Assembly (NCBI GenBank): GCA_051294905.1
Contig: CM119384.1
Span: 6,014,001 to 6,078,000 of the forward strand
Reading direction: 5' to 3'
From: Botryllus schlosseri
Taxonomy: Eukaryota
Length of the DNA stretch: 64,000 nt
Shown: positions 48,901 to 62,988 of the stretch, piece after piece
Layout: each line of letters opens with the position of its first letter
How positions within the stretch are numbered: position 1 is the first letter of the stretch
Translations under genes and position numbers: made by a program
The notes under the pieces: model-generated
Seen by the model: only the letters and a program-made list of their open reading frames with translations
What the model was told of the DNA's origin: nothing
The model's database searches: none

Positions 48901-51900
48901 TGACGCATAAAGTCAAAAATCGAATATCTTCTGTAAGTTCGATTCTTTGTTTTTGAATATCCCTAACAAAGTTCATCCGGAGAAATGATTGTTAGTGTGC
49001 CAGTGATCACGATTCTGTAATCTAACTTTCTCACATACTGTATTGTCATGGGAATAATCAGGCAATACCTAATTTTTAGAATTAGTCAACTTGAATCATC
49101 TCATATTGACTATAGAACTCGTCTCTCCCCGCATCGAGCGTGTATTTACAAAGAAAATAAATTCTGTGGTTCAGTATTAGACCAGCATTCAACGTTTCCT
49201 GATAAATTTCTAAAATATCTAAGACGTGTAAGGTCACATGGAATTTATTATTGTTGCTGTACATTTCAAAGGGCTCTATACGTGATTTTTCCTTGACAGG
49301 GCGACATATCTTATGTTCGATTAGTCGGGGTAAAACATGGTAACCGACAAGCCTGAAGTCGGTTGTAGATATGTATCTATTTACACAACGATAAGCTGAG
49401 CAGAGCAGCAACTAAGCCGACGTATCTTCCGAACATCTGAAGTATCACGTGCACGCAAACCTATTCATCCCATTGGACAGGCAGGACATAGACAAAATAG
49501 GAACATCAGAGGCACGAATATACTTGAGAAAGGGTAGTGATTATAGAACAAGCTTTGGATAACGGCTGGTGAAAGATGTGAATTGAATGCTTTCAAATCG
49601 AACGGCAACGCAATTTCACCACAGGGACGTGTCATCCATTGATGATAGTAGTATATAGACTCAATTTCAACGTACGGGTAATTGACTATAAGAATCTCTT
49701 AATTCGAAACGGATATTTATGATAACTTGCGCATTTATAAGTATTTTAATTTACCTGAGGCGGGTTACAATCGCACTGAATTCATATGCACCGGAGTTTG
49801 TATATAAGGTGTTGAAGGTTATTCATATAATTAGCAGACGAGGCGATATACAGCTGTATACTGGATAAGTATGATTGATATTTTCCAATCCGCTCTGTAA
49901 AGGCCATTTGAGTCTATCTATGTTGGCTTCCGATCTTGTGATTCTGAACCGCGCGTCTTGGCGGATATCGCTCCGGGGTGTCCAATTGAAGGCCCGAAAA
50001 CCACAGGACTTTACAGGCGACGAAAGCTTTAGAGGTCTGATTGCTTTGGAAGATGAAAAACGCAATTTGAACATGGACCATTTTGCAGTCAAGCTCGTTG
50101 CCACCTCTAGACACATGTGTCCGTGTTTTATGTTTGCATGACAAGTCTAAGACAATGTTTCAATTTTTGAACGAATGTATCATGCAAGGCGGTGATGCAC
50201 CATCTATCATGTATCTGCATGTGATACGTCGTTTTGGCAGAAAACAACTCTACGTTTTACGGTGCTTGAACCGCAAGTTGTGTTTGATGTTGTATTTCTG
50301 GGATTGCTTGGGTGTTCGTTTGTACTTTTTAGTTATGTGGGTTTCATAACCGTAGAAACTCAATCTATTCGTATTGAAACGGAATGAAGTAACTTGATAA
50401 TCTGATCAAGTGCCTAACAAATATATCAACATAAAACGTACATAAGAAAGTATAATTAACTATATTCGTTAAATTCGTTTAGATAGATTTTCATGTTCAT
50501 TACGCTACATGGGCTCATGGGCTTATACACGTTAGACTAGCACGAGCCATTTAAAAGTTCGTTTGAATAATTGATTAATTATCGACAATATTTTCAATTT
50601 TCAGGTTGCTTTCTCCTTAATCAATATGAAAGAGCGAATAACATTGACTATTATTAGTATCATAGCAGTGCTTGAACCCCTTGAAGGCTCACCGAGCTCC
50701 GCGGAACAGAAATTAGGCCTACCTCAATTACCACCCCCACACTACACAGAGGGGGATAAAAACGAGACAAGGACGATATTGCACCAATTACCTCCCGATT
50801 TTTACCCAATTCAAATATTGAATACTCCTTCCGAATTACCAGACTTTTATGATTCACCAATATACCTTCCCATGAACGATTACCGGACACCCGAACAAGG
50901 TTGCACTTCAACGCCCCACTGCACGGATTATGCATCCGAAATGAATGCACCAACGTATGGCGGGGGTTTGAGGATGCCAAGCATATATCCCACTAACGAC
51001 GAAGCAGAATGTCACGTTGAAACAGAATGTTACGGGTTTGACAAGATTCCCATGGACATGGATAACGCAACAGATATTCTCTATCTGCAAAATTTAAACA
51101 CCTCTAAGCTACAAAAGGGAAGCTTCTCACATTTGCCGCCGTTGATTAGATTAACTATCGAATACGGCGACCTCGCAATTCTGGAGCCAGGAGTCTTCGA
51201 AAATCAATCAACCCTTCAGGTGATTATGAATTGACTAATTACATTGCTGGTGGATCCGCCATTACAGCCACGGGTAAGCAACACGTACGCCCGTCTTAAG
51301 TGCGGAACTGCGGTTATTGTTTATGTTTGCGGTGTTCGTGGTCATTAACGGCCATGTACACGAGGCCGATGTTCTTTATTATGACTATGTGTCTGCCGAG
51401 TTACAAGTCCATCCAGCACGGTTCACTTATATGCTCATGAGGACACCGCTCAAGCGGATCAGATGGCGAGGAGGACCCCAGATAAACCTCAACACTTAAG
51501 TAGGAATTCTAGAGTCGACCCCCAACGGCTATTGTCATGTTCTTACATCTGCCCCATGACGTATACAGTACACCCTCTCCTCTCTCGAAATTTTATTTTG
51601 ATCAGTACGCATTGAAGATGGGGCGTGTTGTTGGCATACCTAATACCTATACACAGGACGATAACTGCCGCACCCAGGGGGGCGAGCTCGACGGGGTCCC
51701 AAAATTATTTCGTGAATTAAAATAAATTACAGAGTCTTTTTTGAAAATTTATGCAACTTCTTAAAAATTTTGTGTGGCCAAATATATTGATCATTCGGCA
51801 CCCTTCGCCAAAGAAAAAAAAAACGCATGATTTATAGAAATGGGCATTTCGGCGTCGGCCATTACCGCGCCAAGACACACCAAGACATATGGAGTTTTAG

Positions 51901-54900
51901 GCCATGTAACATGCGACTCCGAGAAGTGTGCCATAACGATCGGCAGCGGGAAAACCTTGGCCGAAAAGGACTGCCCTTATCCTGACCGAAAACTTCGATA
52001 TTTATACATATTATAGGCGGCTAACTATATAGCTGGCGTCGAATGTTCCTGTCCTGGCAATCTGAACCCCACGAGACAAATGCCATCCCGCAGAGAAATG
52101 TTATTTACCAGTGAAGAAATTTCAATTTGAAATCGTGTACGTCTTTTAGTTTAGTACGTTTGGGCGATTTCAATATCTTTTGACATAGCAGACAGGAGGT
52201 CACGAAATAACATTATGTAGCTAAGTCCACCCGAATATCTTTTAATTTTATTAACGCGCCCTGCATTTTGCAAGGCACCTCACTCAGCTCTGCTGATGTG
52301 GTAAATCTGATTACGTGAGCAGAGAGACGATAAAAAAAATTGATAGCAATATATATGCAATTCCCGATCATTGACCTATTCAATCAAGAATTATAGAAAA
52401 TTTTCGCGCTTGGAGCGTCTAGGCGCTATAACCCGACCCACTAAACACCACAACGCAACTCGCAACCCCCACAAGTTTAGTTTTTCACCGAGCGGGGGGC
52501 CCAAGACCAACGTATTCTTTTTTGGGGGGAGGGGGTTGACGAAATGCTGTTTCGGTCCTGCCTATACACATACAGGCACAACAGTATTCCATTATTATTC
52601 TTCGAGGTCGTCCCATCAACAGGTTCATTCATCTGCTAATCTTTGTTTACACTAGCCCGGATTAGCCACAATGATAACATATAGCTTTGTTATCGATAAC
52701 ATGGTCCATATCTTTTGCAGTACGTCGCATTATTCGGTAATTCCATCAAAGAGCTACAGCCCGGGACATTTCAAGAGTTGAAAAATGTAGTAGACTTGGA
52801 AATCACAGACAATAAGCTATCGAGGTTGCACAAGAATATTTTCACAGGGCTGGATTCGTTGAAGACCTTAAAATTAACACAGAACGAGCTGGCGGAGCTA
52901 CGAAACGACGTATTCCGGGAAATGGCACAGTTAAAATCCCTGTTTCTTCACGGCAATAATATCGCCACCATATCGCAACACGCGTTTCGTGGATTGAACA
53001 AGCTCACCGCGCTCTACCTCGGGAGTAATTTTCTATCATCGGTGCCAAGTGCTTCTTTTCGTGACGTACCTTCGCTGCAAGTACTTCATTTGGATCGGAA
53101 TAGTATAAGCCGCGTTGGAAGATCAGACTTTAATCACTTGAAGTCATTGCATCAGATAAGACTCGACCAATGTAACATTGACTTCATCTCGAGAAGGGCG
53201 TTCCGCGGGAAAAATCTGACATTCCTGGACATATCCGAGAACATGTTGACCAGGTTGGGTAATTTGGGATACATCGGAAATCATGTGTCCGTGGCGATGG
53301 CATTTAATCCATGGATGTGTAACTGTTCGTTAATACCAACCACGATATGGCTAAACAATTACAACGTATCGGTGATACCTCCCTACCCTGACTGTGTCGC
53401 GCCTCAGCATTTGAAAAGGAAAAAGCTGATGCACATGACTACCAAAAAACTTTGCGACCCAGCGCCTATCAATCCGATCGAAGATGATGGACCAGACGCC
53501 GATAAGCCAGAAGGAGATTGGGCGGACCAAGTGTACGACGTTGGAAAATTATATCCAGACATCCCACCGATAACGAACATGACATCGCCCGATACGAGCG
53601 AGCACACAACAAAGGCAAAAGCTAGCCAACCGCCGATGACAAAATACAACACGCAGTCAGACCCATATCGTACAACATCCGAAACTGCATACACAGATGA
53701 AGGCCAATTATCTTCTACGAAGTATGGAAAAGTCGAGAAGCGACCAACAGACAACTCCCAGGTAACAGGAATTGATGACGGGATGACAACGACAACAGCG
53801 ATACACGAAGGCATGCCCGTGGATCACATAAAAACGATTCTATTAATTCTGGGCATTTTGATACCGGTGTTGCTGATAGTCGTCTTCATATTGCACACGG
53901 TCTTGCGTCACAAGAGAAAGGCGGTGGAAAAAGCGGATATCGAAATGCCGAACATCGAATCAAACCGGGACGATAAATATTCCGGAGTGAATCCGGAAAC
54001 TACGAACGATACAGCAGAGCCACTCTTGTCAAAAGCAACGTCGCATACAGCAGTTGCGGGGGGGCATATCTAAAATATAGAGAGATTAGCGCACAATCTA
54101 CTCATCTCGCAGTCAGTGTGGCTCACGACAATACCGCGAACGCAACAGAACTGCTAATCAAAATCATACTGCCGATAAATAATGGGGCGCATCGGTAGCA
54201 GTGCAGTCGTCACGCGAGAAAAGCAGATTTACAGCTTGCAACATTTTCGAACACACAGCGCAAATAACTTTATAACCTGTCTTTCGATATTTACCTTGAA
54301 AATACACGCGCACTACCTCGGTACGATAGAGGCGAATAGTTCTGCAAACAAAATTAGCCCACGAGAGATACTATATTCTAAGGCACCGACGGCGTAGCGT
54401 AAATCGGGATGATTTATGCAGGATGTCTTGAAATAGAAGTTATGACAAGGCTCTGGCGGTGGCGATGGGAAAATGCCACGTTGCGGGTAGTCTTGCGATA
54501 ATGAGCACAAAGAACAATGGCATTTCGCAAGGATCGCTGCAATTGGCTACTTCGATAAGGCTTTCAAAGTCCGGTATTGTCGTTTCGAGACTCTTCTATG
54601 ACGCCATTCTCAGGGGAAACGTGTGATTGTACTCGATACGAAATATTACACTTTCGCAATCTTTCATCCGATATAGGGATTACTTTTGCATATGTAAATA
54701 TCCACTATAAAGTAAAGATAATAATTCTGATCACCCTATAGGACGTATTCCCTAAGTGTTCACTGTATTACAGCGACATACCGAACGTTGAACATGAGTT
54801 TTCGTGTTCTCTGCAATACATACCTGACTACGAAGATATTTATACCGTGATATACCACAGGCAGATTGACTGTCATATTCATCTAAGAGATTAATACAAA

Positions 54901-57900
54901 GCAAGTACGCCGGTCGCTCGTGTTAATGCGCTTGTGCATACCTGATTGCCTGTTACCTGTGCTATACAACACGCTCGATTTGGCGAATGGCCTTCCTCAT
55001 AGTGCATATCTATAGGCCTATAAGCTGTCTCCATGATGGTATATAGCTACAATGTAGCAAGTTTTACAGAATGAATAGATTAAATCTCGACGTATATTAC
55101 ATGCTTTGAAATTACAGTGTAGATGCCGATTATTTTTATTATTAGTTGTGAATAAGAGAGGGACGCTTTTCGCCTGTAAGGCCAGGAGTAGATACTGATA
55201 CAAAGTCGCTATCGTTTTTCCGTGAACTCTTGGTATTCATAGATCTACACTTGAAATATAAAGTCATTGTCGCCATTCTGATAATTTTCAATTGAAATAA
55301 TGTGGAAAGTTCAATATATGTGCTTTTTATGCGACAACAAATAATATAAATTCCTGCCTAAGTTGTTGGAGGTTTATCAAGGCTCCTCGTTGCCACGTGA
55401 TCCGCGTAAGCGGTGTCTTATAAAAATCCCAGAAGTGGGCCGTGCTACAAGTCGGTAAATACGGAATAAAAAATAAAAAAAGTATCGGCTTGGTGTAAAA
55501 TGACAAATGTAGTTGGAACACCCTGAATATCAAAACAAAACCTTGCGATGCAACTGCTATCGCGTGGTACTCAGGAATTCATGCAGACTTGCGATGCTGG
55601 ATATTAGGGATGGTGTGAACCTCTGAAAGGTTCAGGTTCGTGTGAACGCGAACGTTAACCTTATGACGTCACGGGACGTGATATTGCTGATTCCAACCCT
55701 AACATTCAATGAAGTGATAGCCTATATTAGTGTACACGATACCTAGCGACGACTCGGGCCACATAATGCCACAATGCTGAAGTACATACAGGCGTTTTAA
55801 ACGTCGCTAAATGTATCAACTGAGGCAATCAATTGATATACTACTTCCATAAATCAATATTATCCGTCGCTTTGCCAGGGAATATAAGCCTACACCTGAA
55901 CGGTCTTGGCCAGACCGGACAATGTATTCGGCGTCTGAGTATTGCTACCGAGTACCGATATTAAGCTATCCCACAAGTTACACAGCTGTAGCCAACACCT
56001 CGATCGCAAGGATTTGGTTTTATGATACAACAGACATATGAAGTTAGGATTGACCCCGTACGCCTGCTAGATTTGTTACATCAAAAAACGATATCAATCT
56101 CATCGATTGGTTGAATTAGCAGAGAGTCACTAAATATTCACAAACGGAAAGCTGGGTATTTCGAGCAAACTTTTGTTACAAAGCAAGTAATTTTTTTTAG
56201 ATTGTCAAGGTGCATACTCGTTTTGTGTTGATTTTTTATGCTGACAGCGCCATGCATAGAGTGGCCCGCAGTTGAAATGCAATAAATTCGAACCAAAGAT
56301 GTCATAATGAAGTGAAAATTGTAATATATGTAAAAGGTTCACAGTGCAGAACCTACCAAGGTTCTGTTGTGAACGCGAACCTCTATTTTTCCGAGGTTCA
56401 CACACAGAACGCGAACGTGAACCTCAAGTTCACGCCATCCCTACTGGATATCAAACAAGACTTACCGTGACTTTGCAGTCAAAGACGGACTCGAACTTTT
56501 GAACGACTTCCGCCGGGCATGGGGATCCTGCCATGATCCCTGAACAAAGATACCGGCAAGGTCAACCCATACCCCGATGATATTTGACTTTGTGAATTGA
56601 CGAAAATATAGGATACGCTATAAATATTTGATGTGAATCATCGAACCAAGCATTTGCGTGTACCGTATACCCGCCTCCCAAATCATGGCCATTTTGTTAG
56701 GGGCATTCTCTGGTAAAATAGATTTGCATGAATCTTATAGGTTGTCTAAATCACCTCACGAAAATTGATTTCTAGTTGATGTGAGGAAGGATGCGCGCTT
56801 GTGTTAAGCCTTTTAACAGTAAATATAGAAATAATTGTTGTATGCTCGCATAACTTGCCTTTTTGCAACTTCTCGTAATTGTACTTCTCGCGATTCGGAT
56901 GAGACATCATATCAATATACATAGTCGGAGTTCCGTACACAGTATCGACCCTATGCGAAAACAGTAGTGAATAAACCAGACTCGCAATGAGTGGGTAACG
57001 GGTCCTACTTTTCCGCGTCCAAAGCTTTCAGGGTCGCGAGGGGATCGTACCCAGCACATGGAAAAACCATGGTCGCCCCATAGACTGCCATTCCGAGGGT
57101 TCCACCTACCATGCCAAAGCAGTGGTAGAGTGGGACTTGACACGCGACTCGGTGGTGCTGTATACAAAGACGGGTCAGAGCTTGGTGGAAATGTTGTTTC
57201 GATGGTATTCAAATTTCGATCAGCCCTTGGCTAAACTTACGTAGTCTTCGAATCCCATCCGCCTCCCGATAAATCGCATGTTATTTACAATGTTATGATG
57301 GGTGAGAGTCGCTCCCTTTGGATTGCCGGTTGTCCCCTGTTAACATTGTAAATAACAGATATGCATAAATGTTTAAGTAAATGCAGTCGAATCTGGTTAA
57401 TTCGGACATCGGACAACCGCTTCATTCGGCTAAAATCCTCGGATAATAAAGTCCAGTTAAGTCGAACAATACTTCGCTTAATTCGGACACTGGTTCATTT
57501 GCTTGGAGCCATGTAGGCTTATATTGGCGATTGCTGTTGAAGCAAATACGGCATCGTCAGTTATTCCAACTTCACTTGACGCCTTCTTTCAGTCCTGGCA
57601 CATGTACGGGCCACCGATGCATTGTGTTTTGTGGATTCAGCCGTCAGTTAGCGTTGTTAGCTTTTCCATAAATGATTTTCTGTCCGGCTAAAATACTTTA
57701 TTTTCGATTCCTGCTGCTTTGTGGTGCACTGTTATCCACTGAAAATGCCGTTTCAGCCCGTGCTGCATGGCTTAGCAGTGTATTTGAAGAATTAATGTAG
57801 CCTACTATTTATCCCTGTATGTGTTTGTCACACATGCAGTAAATCAGTATTTTGTGAATCGTTTGGTATCGAAATACTGTACAATACAACTAACCCGAAG

Positions 57901-60900
57901 GTATCACTCTTGTGCGTTGTATGTCATCAGTGCTAATTACTGCAGCTGCAGTATATCGTAGCTAAAATACATTTATTACGCAACAGTACAGTATTTTAAT
58001 GGGTCGCGTGTTTTACCTCTTGTGTGCTGTGTGCGACCAGTGCCAACTAGACCTACTGCGGAATACCGTAGCTGCAAGACATTTATTACGCAACAATACA
58101 GTATTTTAATGCGTCGCCTGTGTTTACGCATGACCGTGAACAGAACGATTGATTTTCCACTTAATACGGAAAAAAGTGAAAGGAAACAAAGCATCCGAAT
58201 TGAGTGGAGACGACTGTGTGCGACAAGGTGTATCTTGATTGATGGAATACGGGCACAGTGTTTTAGGCATCCTCCTATCTGATGTATGGTATGGCGTTGC
58301 TCAATGTGTGCTTTGAAAGGATGGAAATAATAATACATGCTATGGTTCATCAGCATTAGCACTAATCATATAGGCCAGCGCTTCCTAGTTATGTTCATAC
58401 TTCGACGGTTTGAAATCGGATCGGGTCGTCTTGTTATAGCAGTGACTGTGTGCCGCGACAGATTCTCATGTGTGCCGCGAATCTTTTTGGAATTTGGGAA
58501 AAGTAATGCATAAATATTTGATATAAACATGAAGCATGCAGACATGCATATGCGACTCTCTAACTGCTTCAATAGCTTACAAATGAGCACATGTGACCAT
58601 GGCCGTGGCATTGCCGATGACTAGGTTAATGCTATGTGTCGAAGATTGACTATGATCCGTTTCAATCTCTTCATGAATCAACTCATAAACAAGACATCAT
58701 TCTGCATATCATGAGCATGAGCTCATTACTTCCACTGCAACACCATTTTTACCGGAAGTTTTTGTAAACAGCTTTAGTTAAACTATTTTGAAGCATTGAA
58801 TCAAGCAATCTTTCTGCAGGAGAGCAACTCATTGATTTACGAGAGATCAGTTTTTCAAATGCGGATTCCACGAAAAATTGGATGAGTTCAAATTCCATTC
58901 CATGACAGGTGCAAAAGCAATTAAAGTTTTATTGCAATTTGCATCTTCATGGGCATGGCTATGTGAACATAGCTTCGCTCTTCTGACAAAAATTTAGAAG
59001 CTGTAAACGTGAGCGGTCGTTTGGAATTGACAACGAACTGCGGGTATGTTCTATGTTGGTCAACAATGCACCGTCGTTTCAGCCGCATATACGCGTTCGT
59101 ATAATCGAGCATAATCACAATCGCATTAACAAGTTACATTGGTTCTAAAGCAGGGGTCGCCAACTCAAAATAGGTCGCGGGCCACTTTTCCAAATTCCTG
59201 GAGGCCGCGGGCCGCATGACATCAATATCGATATAAAAGTAGGCAACGCAGTTCAACAACCACGTCTGATAACTCTACGTTATTACAACGCTGTGCTTTC
59301 TAACATAGGCGACGGTTATAGTCACCACAAAAGAACTAACAGGGGTGGCCAACATTTTTGTAATTCACGGCCGCATTTCGCGTACTCATGTAGCCTGCGG
59401 CCGCATACCGGTGGTTAGTCGTGATAAACTAGCTGGGGCCAAATACCCACGTTATCATGTCCATGTCCATTGCCGGTACACTCCGAACTAATCTATATGC
59501 ACATATCGGCTTACTATGCGCACCAAATCGTTAGTAGTTATGTTGTAGTAGTTATGTTGTAAAGAGCCACAGAGAACCAATCTGTAGTCGCGCGAAGCGC
59601 GAAAAATTTTTCATGTTCATGAGTGAATTTCGTCAATAAATATTAGTATAGTTTCACATATTACTATAAAATATTTATCCTTTCTCGGCCAATGTGATCA
59701 GATTCCCAGATACAGCTGATGCAGGGGGTATCTGTGAAAACTTAGGGTTGTTATTACAAGTGCCGACAGCCGCATAATTTTCCTTCTACTGCTGCAGATT
59801 GGCCACCCATGGATTGAAGAATCAATATTGGGGTTAGCTATACACGGTAGGCCTACTTGCTAGACAACTATCTCCTCGTAAAGCATGGTCTTTTGGAGCG
59901 CCCGAAGTCGTTTTGCAGGCGTCTCGGTCTTGGCAGTGGTGGGCCATTGCACGTCAAGGCAATATGCCCATTCGTACCAGCAAATTCTTCATCCATGGAA
60001 TGATATTACCATGCCGAAGCCGTATCAACTAGTGAGTAATAGTGATAGTGGGCACATAGAATGGCTCACTTTGAAAAACAACAACATTATGTTTCAACTG
60101 AAATCAATTTTAGCGTTTCAACATGATTTACTAAGCGTTTTTCTGATTTTTTTTTCAAATCAGGTCGCGGGCCGCAAAATAGGACCTCGCGGGCCGCATG
60201 CGGCCCGCGGGCCGCGTGTTGGAGACCCCTGTTCTAAAGCATATTCAATTCATTGCAAGTGTGCCGCGGGCGTTGTATAATTTTTCTAGTGTGTCACAAG
60301 CTGACAAAGTTCGGGAAAAGTCTGGCAACCCCATTTGACAAGGACAAATACGATATAACATATTGACAGAGTTTGTTTTACGATCCAGAATGCGGGTATA
60401 CGGATGTATGTGCAATGTGCATCGTCCATGGCAAGTGCTCGAAGTTCCTCGGCGATTTATATACTATGCCAGTGGTTCCCAACCGGGGGGAATTCCCCCC
60501 TTGGGGAGAATTTTGAAATTTTTTGGGGGGAATCTGGCTTGATTTTTTTAGGGGGAATCTGGGTTTGGCATTGTATCTGAAGATGCACTGGGTTTAAAAG
60601 TATTTAGATTTTTATGGTATAGAACTGTTAAGTAGAAATTATTTCTTTGCAATTGTATGTTTCTTTGGCGGATTTAAAACTGGGTGTTTGTTTAAATGCC
60701 TTCGGTAGATATTACACCCCCTGATAAAGTGAGGCTCACGAGACGATTTCGTTGGGTTCGCGACAGCCTCTCGACCAAATTGCTACTAAACAGGAAAACG
60801 TCAAGGCGATTTCAGCACATGGCCGCTAGTGAAATTGTTCAACTTTTTAAGCCAACATATGAGCTAACGTGAAAAACATATCAAATTCATCGATTCAACT

Positions 60901-62945
60901 CAAGTCTTTAGCAAGCGGACATGGTGATTTATTTTTCGTCAGCGGCTACCCGACCGGTCCGAAACAGGTCAAATTTGACTGTACTTTACCAATAGGTTTA
61001 GTGCGGTCCGCATTCGCCATAGTTCGGACATATCTGAATATGTTTGAATCTGTTTTGCCATTAATTGCTCAGTCAACGAATGGCTGCGCGTTAAAAAGCA
61101 CATGTTTTTAGTCACAGGCAACTTTTTCGTAGGGGGTAATTTTAGCTCAAATAGCGGCCAAGGGGGGCACGAGACGAAAAAGGTTGGGAACCACTGTACT
61201 ATGCAGTTTTACACCCACGGTGCGAATATTTATCTTCGATAGTGTAGCGAAATGTGACGAGTGATGTGGATTCGCCCGAATGCCGGAAGTATTTTTGAGT
61301 GAGGTCAAAACTTTTTCACTTCTGCCGCTGGATGTCTACCTTTCATAAATGCCGTCCATGCACAATTTGAATAATACCGATGATATGCCGCCCGTCGTCG
61401 GCATTTCATGTCATTGACACAGTGCATAGCGTATATGATGCGGTGATATGTCTCGAAATGACAATGCGCTCTTGCACTCTAGCGAAAATATATCGCGGTT
61501 ATAAAATCTTTGTTTATACGTGCATACGTTCCTAGGTCCTTAAGTTCAAGCATCATTTCCATAAAAATGTGATTGATTTATACCGTGGTGTAAGTTCAAG
61601 GTAGGCTCCGATTTCGTGTACCACGGGTGTATATTCACACCCATATATCACGATGGATAAACGGGTGTAAATACACACTATATCGCGCGATATCTTTACT
61701 TTTACTGCGTACAGTTGGATGCACTGAGTAACATTGTATAAAGTCGGTAAGTTTCATTCATACATGCGAAATTACAGCAGTAACGAAATGCATTGAAAGG
61801 AAATATAGCTATACGTAAAGCTTACGGGTCCGGGCCGATATCATCACGCTCAGCACATCATAACAAGTTGATTGATGGTTTTTGCAAATTGTAGATCCCG
61901 AATCCGTCCCTGCCACATAACTGATGCGAGTCTTACATCACTTTTTTTCACTCACCGATGTAAATTGAATGTTGATCGGATCGTCACAATCAAGCGACCG
62001 GGAAATGTTCTGAACTTCGGCAACGTCTTTCGAGGATCCGACGCTCAGTATGTCCGCGTACGACATCGTGCCCGGATGCTTGTCAGCGCCCATCATTATT
62101 ACGTTGGTGAGATTGGGCAGGCTAGAAAAGAAATGCATAAGTTAATTTCACTTTTAAACGTGCTCTGCGCATTAGCGGAATGGTATTGAGCTGACAGAGA
62201 GAGAAAGAGAGAGAGAGGAGAGTGTAGCACGGCCCAATTCTAGGCTTTTTAGTAGGCACAACTGGCTGGGATCAGATGACGTGGGGCTAGACAGGTAGAG
62301 TGGTGGTGTACAGACAGCGATAAATTGGGTCGGTAAGAGAAAATCTGGTTCGGTGTTGGTGGGTATCTGGAGGGATGTCGAACAGATTTATAAAAATATC
62401 GCGGTAGTTGACCCAGTTGATAGCTGTGTATAAATGCCATTACCTCCATGCTTCGATCATAATTTAAGATCTCAAAATCATAATTTCATCATAATTTCAT
62501 TAATCATAAGAACACACAAGCGGATAAACGTATAATTGTGCATTGTACATTACCATGAGTTTGGGGATATAGTATTATAAACGGGGTGGGGGGAGGGGTG
62601 TCGAAATAGTATTTCAGCAACCCATACTGTATCAATTAACAGCATAATACCGAAGTTGCTGATGTGATTGCATGACTCACATTCATTTCTCAATTTAAAA
62701 TTTTGTTACAGTGTAGACCAACTCCTTTCTGAACAGCTCTAGATAAATCATTCATAAAATTCGATTCGCATCAGCATTGATCAGTATTGAGTTGGCGATC
62801 TACATGTAACTTGATAATGTAACATTTATCAAGACTCCAGTTTAAATATTTGTTTTCTGCTAGGTTGACAGATTGCGTTATGCACAATGCACATATAGTC
62901 ATATCTACGTGATATCAACGCCCGTAAGGAAAAGAACCTGTATCC

Positions 62946-62988
<43 letters not shown>

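Noticed and set aside
49823-50349. Cluster of 76-97 aa ORFs upstream of the LRR gene
   Set aside because: No recognisable homology or consistent splice framework; at most a 5' UTR or regulatory region.
53404-53814. 136-aa antisense ORF within the LRR gene
   Set aside because: Shadow of the Thr/Pro/Asp-rich stalk coding sequence.
57971-58130. ~50-bp direct repeat with 110-bp period
   Set aside because: Only two copies; a local duplication, not a CRISPR array or satellite.
62122-62220. Strong cryptic acceptor ((CT)n...CAG at 62193-62191) upstream of an ACSF2 exon
   Set aside because: Use would add 69 nt with an in-frame stop; there is no evidence it is used.
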